Part shown: positions 9,946 to 19,612 of the stretch, piece after piece
Layout: every line of letters starts with the position of its first letter
How positions within the stretch are numbered: the stretch's first letter is position 1
NCBI GenBank assembly: GCA_965602015.1
Contig: OZ271918.1
Location: 3,776,001 to 3,840,000 of the forward strand
Origin: Salinispira sp.
Lineage (GTDB): Bacteria > Spirochaetota > Spirochaetia > DSM-27196 > Salinispiraceae
DNA: 64,000 bases
Direction: 5' to 3'
Program-made: the position numbers and the translations under genes
The notes under the pieces: generated by a model
Database searches by the model: none
Told to the model about the DNA's origin: nothing
What the model saw: only the letters and a program-made list of their open reading frames with translations

Positions 9946-11118
9946 ATGGCAGCATCACACAAACAGGAATACGTTTTTACATCGGAGTCGGTAAGCGAGG
10001 GACATCCGGACAAGCTGGCCGACCAGATTTCCGACGCTGTTCTCGATGCCTGCCTGACCGATGATCCGGGAAGCCACGTCGCCTGCGAAACCTACACCAC
10101 GACGGGGATGGTGCTCATCGGCGGCGAAATCAACACTTCGACCTACGTCGACATCCAGTCGGTGGCCCGGGAGGTGGTGCGGGACATCGGCTACACCCAT
10201 GCGGACTACGGCCTCGATTTCGAAAGCATGTCGGTGGTCAACGTAATCCACAGCCAGAGTCAGGATATTTCCCAGGGAGTCGACGGCGGCGGCCTCTATG
10301 CCGGCCAGCAGGGCGCCGGAGACCAGGGAATGATGTTCGGCTTCGCCTGCAATGAAACCGAGCAGCTCATGCCCGCCCCGGTTAGTTACGCCCATCAGAT
10401 TCTCAGGCATGCCGCCGGATTGAGGAAGGGCGGCGAAATTCCCTGGCTGCGGCCCGACAGCAAAAGCCAGGTGTCCATCAGATATGAAGGATACACGCCG
10501 GTGGCCATCGAATCGGTGGTCGTCAGCCATCAGCACGACCCCGACGTATCCCACGGGGAATTACAGCAGACCATTATCGATAACGTGGTAAAACCCGTCC
10601 TCGAGCCCACGGGCTTACTCAGGGCGGACACAAAGTTCTATATCAATCCCACCGGCCGCTTTGTCATAGGCGGACCCCACGGCGACGCGGGCCTCACGGG
10701 GCGTAAAATTATAGTCGATACCTACGGCGGCATGGGCCGTCACGGGGGCGGGGCCTTCAGCGGCAAAGACGCCACCAAGGTGGACCGCTCGGCGGCATAC
10801 ATGGCCCGCTGCGTGGCAAAAAACATCGTTGCCGCCGGCCTGGCGGACCGGGCTGAAGTTCAGCTGGCCTACGCAATCGGCGTCCCCTTCCCGGTAAGCG
10901 TCATGGTCGACAGTTTCGGCACCGGCAACGCGGACGATTCGGCAATTGCCGATGCGGTTCAGGACATTTTCGACCTGACCCCCGCGGGAATCGTGAAGAC
11001 CCTCGATTTGAAAAGGCCCATATTCCGCAAAACCACCAACTACGGCCACTTCGGCCGGGACGGTTTTACCTGGGAGAACACCGACAAGGCAGAGCAGCTC
11101 GCCAGGGCGGTAAAATAG
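9946..11118 (+). CDS. metK: S-adenosylmethionine synthetase
   Basis: [19 protein letters not shown] and GGGAFSGKD signatures; SD GGAGG before ATG 9946. Confidence 0.97.
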   Translation: MAASHKQEYVFTSESVSEGHPDKLADQISDAVLDACLTDDPGSHVACETYTTTGMVLIGGEINTSTYVDIQSVAREVVRDIGYTHADYGLDFESMSVVNVIHSQSQDISQGVDGGGLYAGQQGAGDQGMMFGFACNETEQLMPAPVSYAHQILRHAAGLRKGGEIPWLRPDSKSQVSIRYEGYTPVAIESVVVSHQHDPDVSHGELQQTIIDNVVKPVLEPTGLLRADTKFYINPTGRFVIGGPHGDAGLTGRKIIVDTYGGMGRHGGGAFSGKDATKVDRSAAYMARCVAKNIVAAGLADRAEVQLAYAIGVPFPVSVMVDSFGTGNADDSAIADAVQDIFDLTPAGIVKTLDLKRPIFRKTTNYGHFGRDGFTWENTDKAEQLARAVK

Positions 11119-11226
11119 GGCGGGGAGTCCTGCGCCTTTGCTGAAGGCGGCGGAGCCCCGCGAATCTTGTCCGCGAGGCCATTGCCCGCACGGCTCCTGC
11201 ACAAGCGGCCGGGGAGAACGAATCGC

Positions 11227-12234
11227 ATGTTGATCAAAGACATATTTGCCGGATGCATGGACGAAGGGAAAATTCCCTTCAGTTTCGAATTCTTTCCCCC
11301 AAAGACCGCCAGGGGTTGGGAAAAGCTCTACCGAAGCATGAAGGAGCTTCTGCCCCTGGAACCGGCCTATGTTTCGGTCACGTACGGAGCCGGTGGATCC
11401 ACCCGCGACAATACCCACGACCTGGTTGCCCGGATTCACGGCGACGGAATGCCGGTGGTCGCCCATTTGACCTGCCAGGGCAGCAGCCGGGCAGAAATCG
11501 ACAACATTCTAAAGCGATATGACCGGGAGGGCATCCATAATATCCTGGCCCTCCGGGGAGACCCTCCGGCTACCGGCGACAACGCCGTCGGGGGCACATC
11601 CGCCGCCAACAGCTCCCTAAGCAGCGGCGGCCATGGCCAGGCGAGCGCCGGTGATTTTCCCCATGCCGGCGACCTGGTGGCCTATATAAAGGAACGGTTC
11701 CCCCACTTCGGCGTCGGAGTTGCGGGGTTTCCCGAAGGCCATCCGGCTACCCCCAACCGCCTGAGAGAAATGGATTACCTCAAGGCAAAGGTTGACGCCG
11801 GTGCCGACTACATCGTCACTCAGCTCTTTTTTGACAACCGGGATTTCCTGGATTACCGGGAACGCTGCGCCCTGGCGGGCATTAAAATACCCATGATCGC
11901 CGGCCTCATGCCCATTACCAGCATTCGGGGAATGGAGCGGATGGCCGAGCTATCCGGCGGCAGCCGCTTTCCCGCCGACCTGGTCCAACGCTTAAAACGC
12001 GCGGTGAATAATAACGGAGGCAACTGGGGAATTTACGGCGCCCCGGAGAACAACACTCCCGAGGTGACCTCCGCGGTGTGCCGGGTGGGGGAGCATTGGA
12101 CTACCGAACAGATCAGCAATCTGCTCAACCACGGAGTAGCCGGCGTTCATCTGTACACCCTGAACACGTCAACGGCCTCCATCAGCATCATGCAGAACCT
12201 GGGGCTGGCAAGCTATTCGGTGCGGAATGAGTAG
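11227..12234 (+). CDS. metF: 5,10-methylenetetrahydrofolate reductase
   Basis: SFEFFPPK, SVTYGAGGS, AHLTC, LALRGD, KVDAGADYIVTQLFFD and HLYTLN motifs. Confidence 0.93.
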   Translation: MLIKDIFAGCMDEGKIPFSFEFFPPKTARGWEKLYRSMKELLPLEPAYVSVTYGAGGSTRDNTHDLVARIHGDGMPVVAHLTCQGSSRAEIDNILKRYDREGIHNILALRGDPPATGDNAVGGTSAANSSLSSGGHGQASAGDFPHAGDLVAYIKERFPHFGVGVAGFPEGHPATPNRLREMDYLKAKVDAGADYIVTQLFFDNRDFLDYRERCALAGIKIPMIAGLMPITSIRGMERMAELSGGSRFPADLVQRLKRAVNNNGGNWGIYGAPENNTPEVTSAVCRVGEHWTTEQISNLLNHGVAGVHLYTLNTSTASISIMQNLGLASYSVRNE

Positions 12235-12310
12235 TTAGCTCCACACAATCTCTATTTCTCAACCCGGTTTCCCTGTTCAACCCGGGAAAACGCTAAACCT
12301 CTTTTGTAGT

Positions 12311-13750
12311 TTGAGGGAAAAGAGTGAGTTCCTGCGAACGAGTCCTGGCTCCCGCCAGAGTGTCCATGGTCCCAATGAAAAAACCCTCTTTGGAAAGTTT
12401 CGCCCGAATGTCCCCGAGGGAAACCTCACAGAACGGGGAGACAGCGCCACAATCACCAGCACTAAAATCACCATCAACCGGACAGGAACCTACCGCCACT
12501 ACAGCTGGGACCTGTTAAACCGCCTGGAAAACGTCGAAGAGCTCGATGAACACGGCAATCTGGTCGTGATAAAAGAATACGGCTATGATGTGAATAACCT
12601 GAGGATATGGGAGAAAAACCGACACGGCCAAATCACCCATTACGTCTTCGACCAAAAGGGCAACAGAATCGAACGGCACACAGAGGAAAGAAGCGAATAC
12701 TACATATTCAGAAACCTCCGCCACATCGCCAAACGGGTGGTTGACCACAGCACCAACACGGAAAAGACCTACTTCTACGGCACAGACCACCTGGGAAGTA
12801 CCGTACTGATGACCGACGAAGACGGCAACGAAGTCTTCTCAGCAGAAACCACCCCCTTCGGCGACTCGGTATCAGAATTAGGACCCATGGCCGACACAGA
12901 ACACCTCATGTACACCGGCAAGGACCTGGATGAAGATACCGGGCTGTACTACTTTAATGCACGGTGGTATGACCCGGGGACCGGGCGGTTTATAAGCGAG
13001 GATCCGGCGAGGTTTGGGTCGAACTGGTACCGGTATGCAGCGAGCAATCCTCTCAAATACTTCGATCCAACCGGACTGAATGAAGTGAGCTGGGGTACAA
13101 CGATCTTCGATGCAGGGGATTATCACACAGATACCCCTGAAAATGAGAAGTATGGAAATCTCGACGAGACAACGACAGAGGTTGCCACCTATGAGGAAAT
13201 TGCTGAGCAGATCAATCACGTCTCAACTGGTATTTCTGCCCAGGAAACGATTGCACAACAGACAGAGAAACTAGCTGAGCTATTACAACAAGATACCAGC
13301 AGCATGACGTTGGATGAATTTCTTGCCTACCAGCAAGAGTTAGAGGATTTGGCGATGGAGCTGCTCCAAGGAATCCAGGATTATGAGGCAGCGGGATATG
13401 AGCTCCAGGATTTGGCAGAAAGCAACCCTAATGGAAATATCAGATTGGACCCATCAGTTACTAAAAGTGCCGATCCATTTGAGACTTGGTGGGATAAATC
13501 GGATGGTGAGCTACTGACTGAAGCCGAGGCTAAAATACAAAAATGGTTCGGTATTTCAGAAATGGGACTTGGTGGTATTGGGGTTTTTACGACAGCATAT
13601 ACCGCTCCAGCATTATATATCATGGCAGATGGAGCTCATCTTCTTAATGAAGCTTTGAACGGCTATAAAGCAACCCCTGGTCTATTAGCAGTAGACTTTA
13701 TGATCCCCTATATAATGCTGAGTGATTATCCTTATACATCTCCATTTTAA
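12311..13750 (+). CDS. Orphan Rhs module 1: truncated RHS repeat-associated core plus variable toxin tip
   Basis: TDHLGS, YTGKDLDEDTGLYYFNARWYDP, GRFISEDP, NWYRYA and the DPTGL cleavage motif. Rhs homology begins only at ~12419, so the start is uncertain and the module may not be expressed. Confidence 0.85.
   Translation: MREKSEFLRTSPGSRQSVHGPNEKTLFGKFRPNVPEGNLTERGDSATITSTKITINRTGTYRHYSWDLLNRLENVEELDEHGNLVVIKEYGYDVNNLRIWEKNRHGQITHYVFDQKGNRIERHTEERSEYYIFRNLRHIAKRVVDHSTNTEKTYFYGTDHLGSTVLMTDEDGNEVFSAETTPFGDSVSELGPMADTEHLMYTGKDLDEDTGLYYFNARWYDPGTGRFISEDPARFGSNWYRYAASNPLKYFDPTGLNEVSWGTTIFDAGDYHTDTPENEKYGNLDETTTEVATYEEIAEQINHVSTGISAQETIAQQTEKLAELLQQDTSSMTLDEFLAYQQELEDLAMELLQGIQDYEAAGYELQDLAESNPNGNIRLDPSVTKSADPFETWWDKSDGELLTEAEAKIQKWFGISEMGLGGIGVFTTAYTAPALYIMADGAHLLNEALNGYKATPGLLAVDFMIPYIMLSDYPYTSPF
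12419..13078 (+). repeat. ~660-bp Rhs core direct repeat, copy 1 (copy 2 at 18009-18668)
   Basis: Near-identical DNA at a constant offset of 5590 bp, ending exactly at the DPTGL codons. Confidence 0.95.
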
Positions 13751-13762
13751 CGAGGAAGCAAA

Positions 13763-13981
13763 ATGAAAAATGTTTTCGTTATTTTTTTACTTTTTTACAT
13801 TGTATTTTTATTTGGAAATAGCATCCGGCACCTTTTAATTGGTTTGGGTAAAATAAAACATCCTATGTTTGATTCTGATGAAAAGCGTAGGTACATCTTC
13901 CGCAAGGGGATTATCGGGCTCTCTGGTGCAGTTCTATTCGGGACATTTATCATATATGTCGTAATTAGGGTTGTTTTCTGA
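13763..13981 (+). CDS. Putative immunity protein for Rhs tip 1 (small, two TM helices)
   Basis: Directly after the Rhs tip, SD GAGGAAG, AT-rich, two hydrophobic segments. Confidence 0.65.
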   Translation: MKNVFVIFLLFYIVFLFGNSIRHLLIGLGKIKHPMFDSDEKRRYIFRKGIIGLSGAVLFGTFIIYVVIRVVF

Positions 13982-14516
13982 TTGAATGACTTTGCAGACA
14001 ATAGTTAAACCCATAAGACTGACTTGAGCTGCGCCGGATCCAATCCCGGCGTCAGCTCCAAGTATGCTTCTTATGGGGGTTGAGCCGGCAAACGAGTTCT
14101 TTGAAATACGTCAGTCAGTGACGGACCCATCGAAGAGCATCTTGCTCCCGCTGAGCAAGAACTCTTCTGCTGACCGCTGATGCTTGCAGCAGCCTGCAGA
14201 AGAGAAAAACGTCAGACCACAAAACGCTTGAAGTCCACCCGGCTGCCGTTGAAGTTGACCAGGTAGCCCACCCGGATGCCCGAAAGCCTGAGGTAGTTTA
14301 TGAGCTGGGCTTCCATTGTAGCCTCTCAAATTAAATTGATCAAACCAGCATAGAAAATCTCACAAACAGTTAAACAATCTCTCATTCCACTTAGACCGGA
14401 AATTTTATCTGCCGACAAAAAAAGAGCAATGGTGTTGAAGTTTGCCGACTCCCCATTGCTCTTAAAACCTCACCCCCAAAGGGGGCAAATAAACGTTACT
14501 TATTTGTCGGATAGTT

Positions 14517-15014
14517 TTGGAAAAACTTCAAGCGCTTGGGAAACAGTTCCACTGGAAAAAACCTGAATGTTGTCCCGAGTGTGGAAGCATACGGCTATGG
14601 GGGCACGGCTTCGTTCTTCGGCAGTTTGTCGGGTTTGCCCAAGGACTGTGGATGAAGCGGTATCGATGTCCGGACTGCCATGGGGTTCATACCTGTAGGC
14701 CACAGCAGTTCTTGCCGGGGATGCAATATCCTGTTCAAACTCAAATCTCCAGCCTGGAAGCAAAGCTTGCAGGAAAGCCGTTCCTTCAAACTGTGTCGAG
14801 GCAGATCCAGCAGCATTGGTGGAAGACATTTCTCAACCACTGCCGCCGTAGCGGCAACTGGACTGCCCCACATTCGGTTTTCCTCCGCAGGCAGAGCGAT
14901 GATCAAATACCAGTAACAACCAGGCGAATATACCGTGAGATCTGGTCAGAAGCCTGCGTACCCTACCTGCCTTTTGCGCTGACAGTGAAACCGCGTCCAT
15001 TTAGCCTTGAGTGA
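14517..15014 (+). CDS. Transposon accessory Zn-ribbon protein (DUF6431-like)
   Basis: CPECG...HG...RYRCPDC...HT cysteine pattern; lies inside the IRs upstream of the transposase; start uncertain (TTG). Confidence 0.6.
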   Translation: MEKLQALGKQFHWKKPECCPECGSIRLWGHGFVLRQFVGFAQGLWMKRYRCPDCHGVHTCRPQQFLPGMQYPVQTQISSLEAKLAGKPFLQTVSRQIQQHWWKTFLNHCRRSGNWTAPHSVFLRRQSDDQIPVTTRRIYREIWSEACVPYLPFALTVKPRPFSLE

Positions 15015-15043
15015 GAAAACGTATCACTCTCAAGGAGGAGAAA

Positions 15044-16327
15044 ATGGACAGAGAAAAGAAAGAAAAGATCGCAGTATTCCGCTTCGGGGTCATCTTTCCG
15101 CTTGTGGAGAAAGACCTACACCAGTATTGGGGAGAGAAAGAGCGAATCCTGCGGGAGCTGGTCAGCAAGGAATGGGAGATTCCCTTTTCAAACCGAAACT
15201 ACATCAGCAAGGCCACCATCCTGACCTGGGTAAAGCGCTACGAAGATGGCGGGCGGAAGATTGAAGCCTTGTTTCCTGAGAATCGCGGCGACAAGGGCCG
15301 GATGAGAAGCATTTCCGATGAACAAATCGATGCGCTCATGCTGCTTCGAAAAGAGCATCCAAAACTCTCCACCCCGCGTCTGGTTGAAATTGCTCAAGGA
15401 AACGGCGTCTTTCCGTCCGGAAAAGAGGTCTCCATGGCCAGCATTTACCGGCTCATGAAGATCCGCAAAGCCCAACGGGTCAAAGTCGAGTCTGACATGA
15501 GGAAGTTCGAGGTACAATTGCCCAACGACCTGTGGCAGTCAGACTGCATGCACGGTCCGAAAGTTCTGCATGGCGGGAAACTGAGAAAGACCTATCTGTT
15601 TGCAATCATTGACGACCATTCAAGGCTCATTACCCATGGCCAGTTCTACCTGGCTGAAACACTGGAAAATTACCTGGACTGCTTATGGACGGCGTTACGC
15701 AAGCGGGGAGTTCCCCGAAAGCTCTATGTCGATAACGGGGCATCATTTAAGGCGCACAGGCTCCAGTTGGGATGTGCTTCGCTGGAAATCGGGCTGCGCT
15801 ATGCACGGCCGTACCGACCCCAGGGAAAGGGCAAGATTGAACGGTTCTTTCGTACCGTACGTAGCCAGTTTATCCCCGAGCTGCCTGATGAACTTCCTCT
15901 GGATGAGATCAACCGGCTGTTTCACCACTACATTGAAAACGGTTATCACCAGAGGATCCATGGCGGTACGGGGCAGAAGCCCCTGGAGCGTTACCTGCAG
16001 GATGCCCATGCCTTGCGAAAAGCGCCGGAGAACTTGCCTGAATACTTTCGAAAACGCGAGGAGCGAACGGTAAACAACGACCGGACGGTGAAACTCGATG
16101 GCCGTTTGTATGAAGCCCCTGCGGGATTGGTTGGCATGAAAGTCGTCCTGCGTTTTGAGAATTACGACCGGATTGAAGTCTTTCTCGAGAATCAGTCAAA
16201 GGGATTCTTAAGGGATCTGGATCAGGGAGTGAACAGCCGCATTAAGCGGGACGGCACGGGTCCGGTCATGCCGTCGGCTTCGGGGGGAGCTCTTTTTGAA
16301 AAGCTGGGCTCAAAGGCAGGTAGCTAA
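15044..16327 (+). CDS. DDE-type (rve/Mu-like) transposase
   Basis: N-terminal HTH, then LWQSD, IIDDHSR, YVDNG and PQGKGKIERFFRT; Mu-transposase-like C-terminus; SD AAGGAGG. Confidence 0.92.
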   Translation: MDREKKEKIAVFRFGVIFPLVEKDLHQYWGEKERILRELVSKEWEIPFSNRNYISKATILTWVKRYEDGGRKIEALFPENRGDKGRMRSISDEQIDALMLLRKEHPKLSTPRLVEIAQGNGVFPSGKEVSMASIYRLMKIRKAQRVKVESDMRKFEVQLPNDLWQSDCMHGPKVLHGGKLRKTYLFAIIDDHSRLITHGQFYLAETLENYLDCLWTALRKRGVPRKLYVDNGASFKAHRLQLGCASLEIGLRYARPYRPQGKGKIERFFRTVRSQFIPELPDELPLDEINRLFHHYIENGYHQRIHGGTGQKPLERYLQDAHALRKAPENLPEYFRKREERTVNNDRTVKLDGRLYEAPAGLVGMKVVLRFENYDRIEVFLENQSKGFLRDLDQGVNSRIKRDGTGPVMPSASGGALFEKLGSKAGS

Positions 16328-17133
16328 TGGATACGCTGCGCCACCACTTTGGATTCCGGCACAACCCGTTCCCGCAGAATGTAGCGGTAAAGGACCTGTA
16401 CCCCTTACCGGCATTGGAACCCCTGCGGCAGCGGGTGTTCTTTGCCCTGGAGCAGAAAGCCATTGCCGTCATCACCGGAGATGTGGGGTCGGGAAAGTCT
16501 ACGTCATTGCGCTATGTCTCAAGCAAATGCCATTCGAGTGAGTATGAACTGATTACCATTGTCGGCGGGAACTTCTCACCCATGGAACTGTACCGGCAGA
16601 TCCTGCTCACTTTCGGCATGAGCTATATGTCGTTCCAGGTATCGATCATGATCTCGAAGATCCGGGAGCTTATTCTGGAAATTGCATCCCGCAATGTCAT
16701 CCCGGTGCTGGTAATCGATGAGGCTCATCTGCTGAAACGGTCAGTGTTTACCCAGCTGCATACCCTTGCTCAGTTTGAATTCGATTCCAAACCGGTCATG
16801 CCGATGATTCTCTGCGGTCAGGATTTCCTGCTCGATCATCTGATGGCTAACTCAGTTCGGCCTCTGGCGTCCCGGGTGCTGGGCAAGAATCATCTGGAGT
16901 CTATTAAGAAGGAGGTGATGGAAGATTACCTGAATCATCACATCACCCTGGCCGGGGGAACAAAGAAAGCATTCAGTGATGAGGCGATCTTTGCCATTCA
17001 TCAGGGATCCGGTGGTCTCTTGCGGAAAGCCAACTCCCTGGCGAAAACGGCTCTCCTTGCCTGCGCCGGAGATGGTGGACAGACTGTTTCTGCAGAACAC
17101 GTCCGGGTCGCTTCCACCGAGATTTTTATGTAA
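16327..17133 (+). CDS. ExeA-family AAA ATPase (transposition helper)
   Basis: FGFRHNPF, Walker A GDVGSGKS, Walker B LVIDEAH and ILCGQ; start overlaps the transposase stop (TAATG). Confidence 0.9.
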   Translation: MDTLRHHFGFRHNPFPQNVAVKDLYPLPALEPLRQRVFFALEQKAIAVITGDVGSGKSTSLRYVSSKCHSSEYELITIVGGNFSPMELYRQILLTFGMSYMSFQVSIMISKIRELILEIASRNVIPVLVIDEAHLLKRSVFTQLHTLAQFEFDSKPVMPMILCGQDFLLDHLMANSVRPLASRVLGKNHLESIKKEVMEDYLNHHITLAGGTKKAFSDEAIFAIHQGSGGLLRKANSLAKTALLACAGDGGQTVSAEHVRVASTEIFM

Positions 17134-17138
17134 ATGCT

Positions 17139-17164
17139 GCCCCTGCCGCGAATGCGGCAGGGGG
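17139..17164 (+). terminator. Stem-loop after the transposon ATPase
   Basis: CCCCTGCCGC-GAAT-GCGGCAGGGG perfect 10-bp stem; no clear U-tract. Confidence 0.5.
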
Positions 17165-17852
17165 TACCCTTCGTCAGTTTTACTTGTAAAATTGTTTGTC
17201 TGTACGTGCGAGGGTTAGGCTAATTTAATGTGCGAAGCTACACCATAACAGCCGTGAGCTTTGAAACGCTCTTGAGCTCGAGAATGACCTTGCCCTCGAC
17301 CACCAGGTCGGCAATGTATGCTCCGGCAAGCTCCCCTTTGTAATACACCGGATAGACCTTCTGCTGTTCCACAGTGAGATTTAACCTCCGGCACTCAATA
17401 ACCAGAGCCCCCTCGTACGCGCTTTCCAAAAGCCCGGGACCCAGGATGTTGTGCACCGAATACAACGCTCCCACCACCGTGTAGGACAGTTCCTTGAAAA
17501 GATACTCAGCCATGCTGACCTCCTTTTTTCAGGAGGCAGTCTCGAAGCGACGAGTGGTCAACGCCCCTGAGCGAAGCGCGGCTTGACCGCGAGGAGCGGA
17601 GAGATACACTTGAGAAAACCGGAGGAAGCCAGACAGCATAGCCCAAGGCATAGGGAAGAAGGCGCGAATCCTCGCGCCCCATTCATTTCTTTCTTTCAAC
17701 ATACCGTCAGCAGAAAAATCCCTTTTGCAAAACCGCCCCGGTCACCAAACCAAATCCGTGATTATTGGTGCTGATACGTGGTAGACCCCAACTCCCTGAT
17801 ACGTGGCTTTCTCTCATCCCCCCGACTTTAGAAAATTCTCACCGCCGAACTT

Positions 17853-19202
17853 ATGGGCCGCAACGAGTTCTACAACTACACCCCCGACGGCAACCGCTCC
17901 ATGAGAAACATCCTCGCCGGCAGCATGCAGAGTGAACAATACCAGTACTACCCCAACTCAGACCTGCTCCAATACGACGGAACCTACTACTATGCCTATG
18001 ATGAGAACGGAAACCTCACAGAACGGGGAGACAGCGCCACAATCACCGGCACTAAAATCACCATCAACCGGACAGGAACCTACCGCCACTACAGCTGGGA
18101 CCTGTTAAACCGCCTTGAGACCGTCGAAGAGCTCGATGAACACGGCAATCTGGAAGTAATAAAAGAATACGGCTATGATGTGAATAACCTGAGGATATGG
18201 GAGAAAAACCGACACGGCCAAATCACCCATTACGTCTTCGACCACAAGGGCAACAGAATCGAACGGCACACAGACGAAAAGAGCGAATACTACATCTTCA
18301 GAAATCTCCGCCACATCGCCAAACGGGTGGTAGACCACAGCACAAACACCGAAAAGACCTACTTCTACGGCACAGACCACCTGGGAAGCACCGTGCTGAT
18401 GACAGACGAAGAAGGCAACGAAGTCTTCTCCGGAGAAACCACCCCCTTCGGCGACTCAGTCTCTGAGTCAGGAGCCATGGCCGACACAGAACACCTCATG
18501 TACACCGGCAAGGACCTGGATGAAGATACCGGGCTGTACTACTTTAATGCGCGCTGGTATGACCCAACGGTGGGGAGGTTTATAAGCGAGGATCCGGCGA
18601 GGTTTGGTTCGAACTGGTACCGGTATGCCTCGCATAATCCGTTGAAGTACTCTGATCCGACAGGATTATGGGATTTTAATGCCGCATTAGGATTAGGGGG
18701 GGCTCTACAGATCCACATTGGTAATAATGACGGGAAATTTCAATTTGGGTTTAAAGTAGGCCTAGGCTTAGGTGCGCAAGTAAGTTTTTCTGCTCAAAAT
18801 CGAACTGTCAATCAGGCAGTTGGGACTACGCTATCTGGTTCAGTTGAGGCTGCAACGGAACTGGAAGTGGCTGGACCAGGTGCGGATATATCAATTCAGG
18901 TTTCTGGTGTCTTAGATTCAGATTTTAATATTGAGAATACATCAACCGCAGAAATGTCTTTTTCGGACCCCGCTACTGGGATGACAGGAAGTGTTTCAGT
19001 GGATTCGGATGGCATAATAGAGACTGAATTGGAACCCACTAATCTTTCATTTGGTGCGGGAGCACTTATTTTTGTCGGTTTCGGTGTAGATACCACGGTT
19101 GGAGAGGATTCTCTTCCCAAATCAAATCCTAAAATTGACCCTTCCGCTCCAGTTTTTGAATTCGACGTGAATGAAGATCCATTGGAAGAAGGAAATTTAT
19201 GA
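17853..19202 (+). CDS. Orphan Rhs module 2: truncated RHS core plus a different toxin tip
   Basis: YD-repeat-like YAYDENGNL, the same core as module 1, DPTGL, then an unrelated Gly-rich tip. Confidence 0.85.
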   Translation: MGRNEFYNYTPDGNRSMRNILAGSMQSEQYQYYPNSDLLQYDGTYYYAYDENGNLTERGDSATITGTKITINRTGTYRHYSWDLLNRLETVEELDEHGNLEVIKEYGYDVNNLRIWEKNRHGQITHYVFDHKGNRIERHTDEKSEYYIFRNLRHIAKRVVDHSTNTEKTYFYGTDHLGSTVLMTDEEGNEVFSGETTPFGDSVSESGAMADTEHLMYTGKDLDEDTGLYYFNARWYDPTVGRFISEDPARFGSNWYRYASHNPLKYSDPTGLWDFNAALGLGGALQIHIGNNDGKFQFGFKVGLGLGAQVSFSAQNRTVNQAVGTTLSGSVEAATELEVAGPGADISIQVSGVLDSDFNIENTSTAEMSFSDPATGMTGSVSVDSDGIIETELEPTNLSFGAGALIFVGFGVDTTVGEDSLPKSNPKIDPSAPVFEFDVNEDPLEEGNL

Positions 19203-19597
19203 AAATTACGAGGAAAAATCTTCGCCTATTAATTATTTTTGTAATTCTTTTAGTTGGTGTTGCGGTTATGCGATTATTCTTTATACAGGTAAAAAGTGAT
19301 TTAGAACCGTACATGACTGAAAACGCTGAAGTTACCGCCTATCTTAAAGATTTTTTTATTATGAATTTTCCAGATGTTGAAATACTAGAGATTGATTTTA
19401 TGGATGAAAAAAGCAAAGTTAATAATCGTCAAAATGTGATTCGCGTGATTTCTGAGTATGGAGTGAAAGCAAAAATCCAAAGTTATTCTTTTTTTGTCGA
19501 ATGGACACAAACTGACCACAACACCAACATAGAAAAAATTCAGGTTCTGAGAGAGAATGAATATATAGAACTATACGTTGATCAAGCATCTCAATAA
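19199..19597 (+). CDS. Putative immunity protein for Rhs tip 2 (N-terminal membrane anchor)
   Basis: ATGA overlap with the Rhs stop, AT-rich, single N-terminal TM segment. Confidence 0.65.
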   Translation: MKITRKNLRLLIIFVILLVGVAVMRLFFIQVKSDLEPYMTENAEVTAYLKDFFIMNFPDVEILEIDFMDEKSKVNNRQNVIRVISEYGVKAKIQSYSFFVEWTQTDHNTNIEKIQVLRENEYIELYVDQASQ

Positions 19598-19612
19598 GAG
19601 TTAGGTTTTCAC

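Larger units (their letters stand above)
14317..17242 (+). mobile_element. 2,926-bp three-gene transposon (Zn-ribbon protein + DDE/rve transposase + ExeA-like AAA ATPase) with TG...CA ends
   Basis: Terminal IRs TGTAGCCTCTCAAATTAAATT / TGTAGCTTCGCACATTAAATT (18/21 match); flanking CCAT duplication at 14313-14316 and 17243-17246; the empty site is visible in the intact paralogue. Confidence 0.92.
14212..17513 (-). pseudogene. GxxExxY protein split by transposon insertion (5' part 17247-17513, 3' part 14212-14316)
   Basis: Joining the two halves restores ...SKLTAVMEAQLINYLRLSGIRVGYLVNFNGSRVDFKRFVV*, matching the intact copy at 19816-20187. Confidence 0.92.
14010..17809. repeat. GxxExxY module copy 1 (palindrome + spacer + GxxExxY + leader), interrupted by the transposon
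   Basis: 14010-14316 plus 17247-17809 align with 19613-20526. Confidence 0.9.

Noticed and set aside
17583..17774. 63-aa ORF conserved in both GxxExxY leaders (also 20300-20491)
   Set aside because: It has a TTG start, no clear SD and no recognisable features; its conservation is explained by the DNA repeat. It is not fully excluded.
12419..18668. Rhs core repeat as a diversity-generating retroelement template/variable repeat pair
   Set aside because: The differences are not adenine-specific, are mostly synonymous, and no reverse transcriptase is present in the window.
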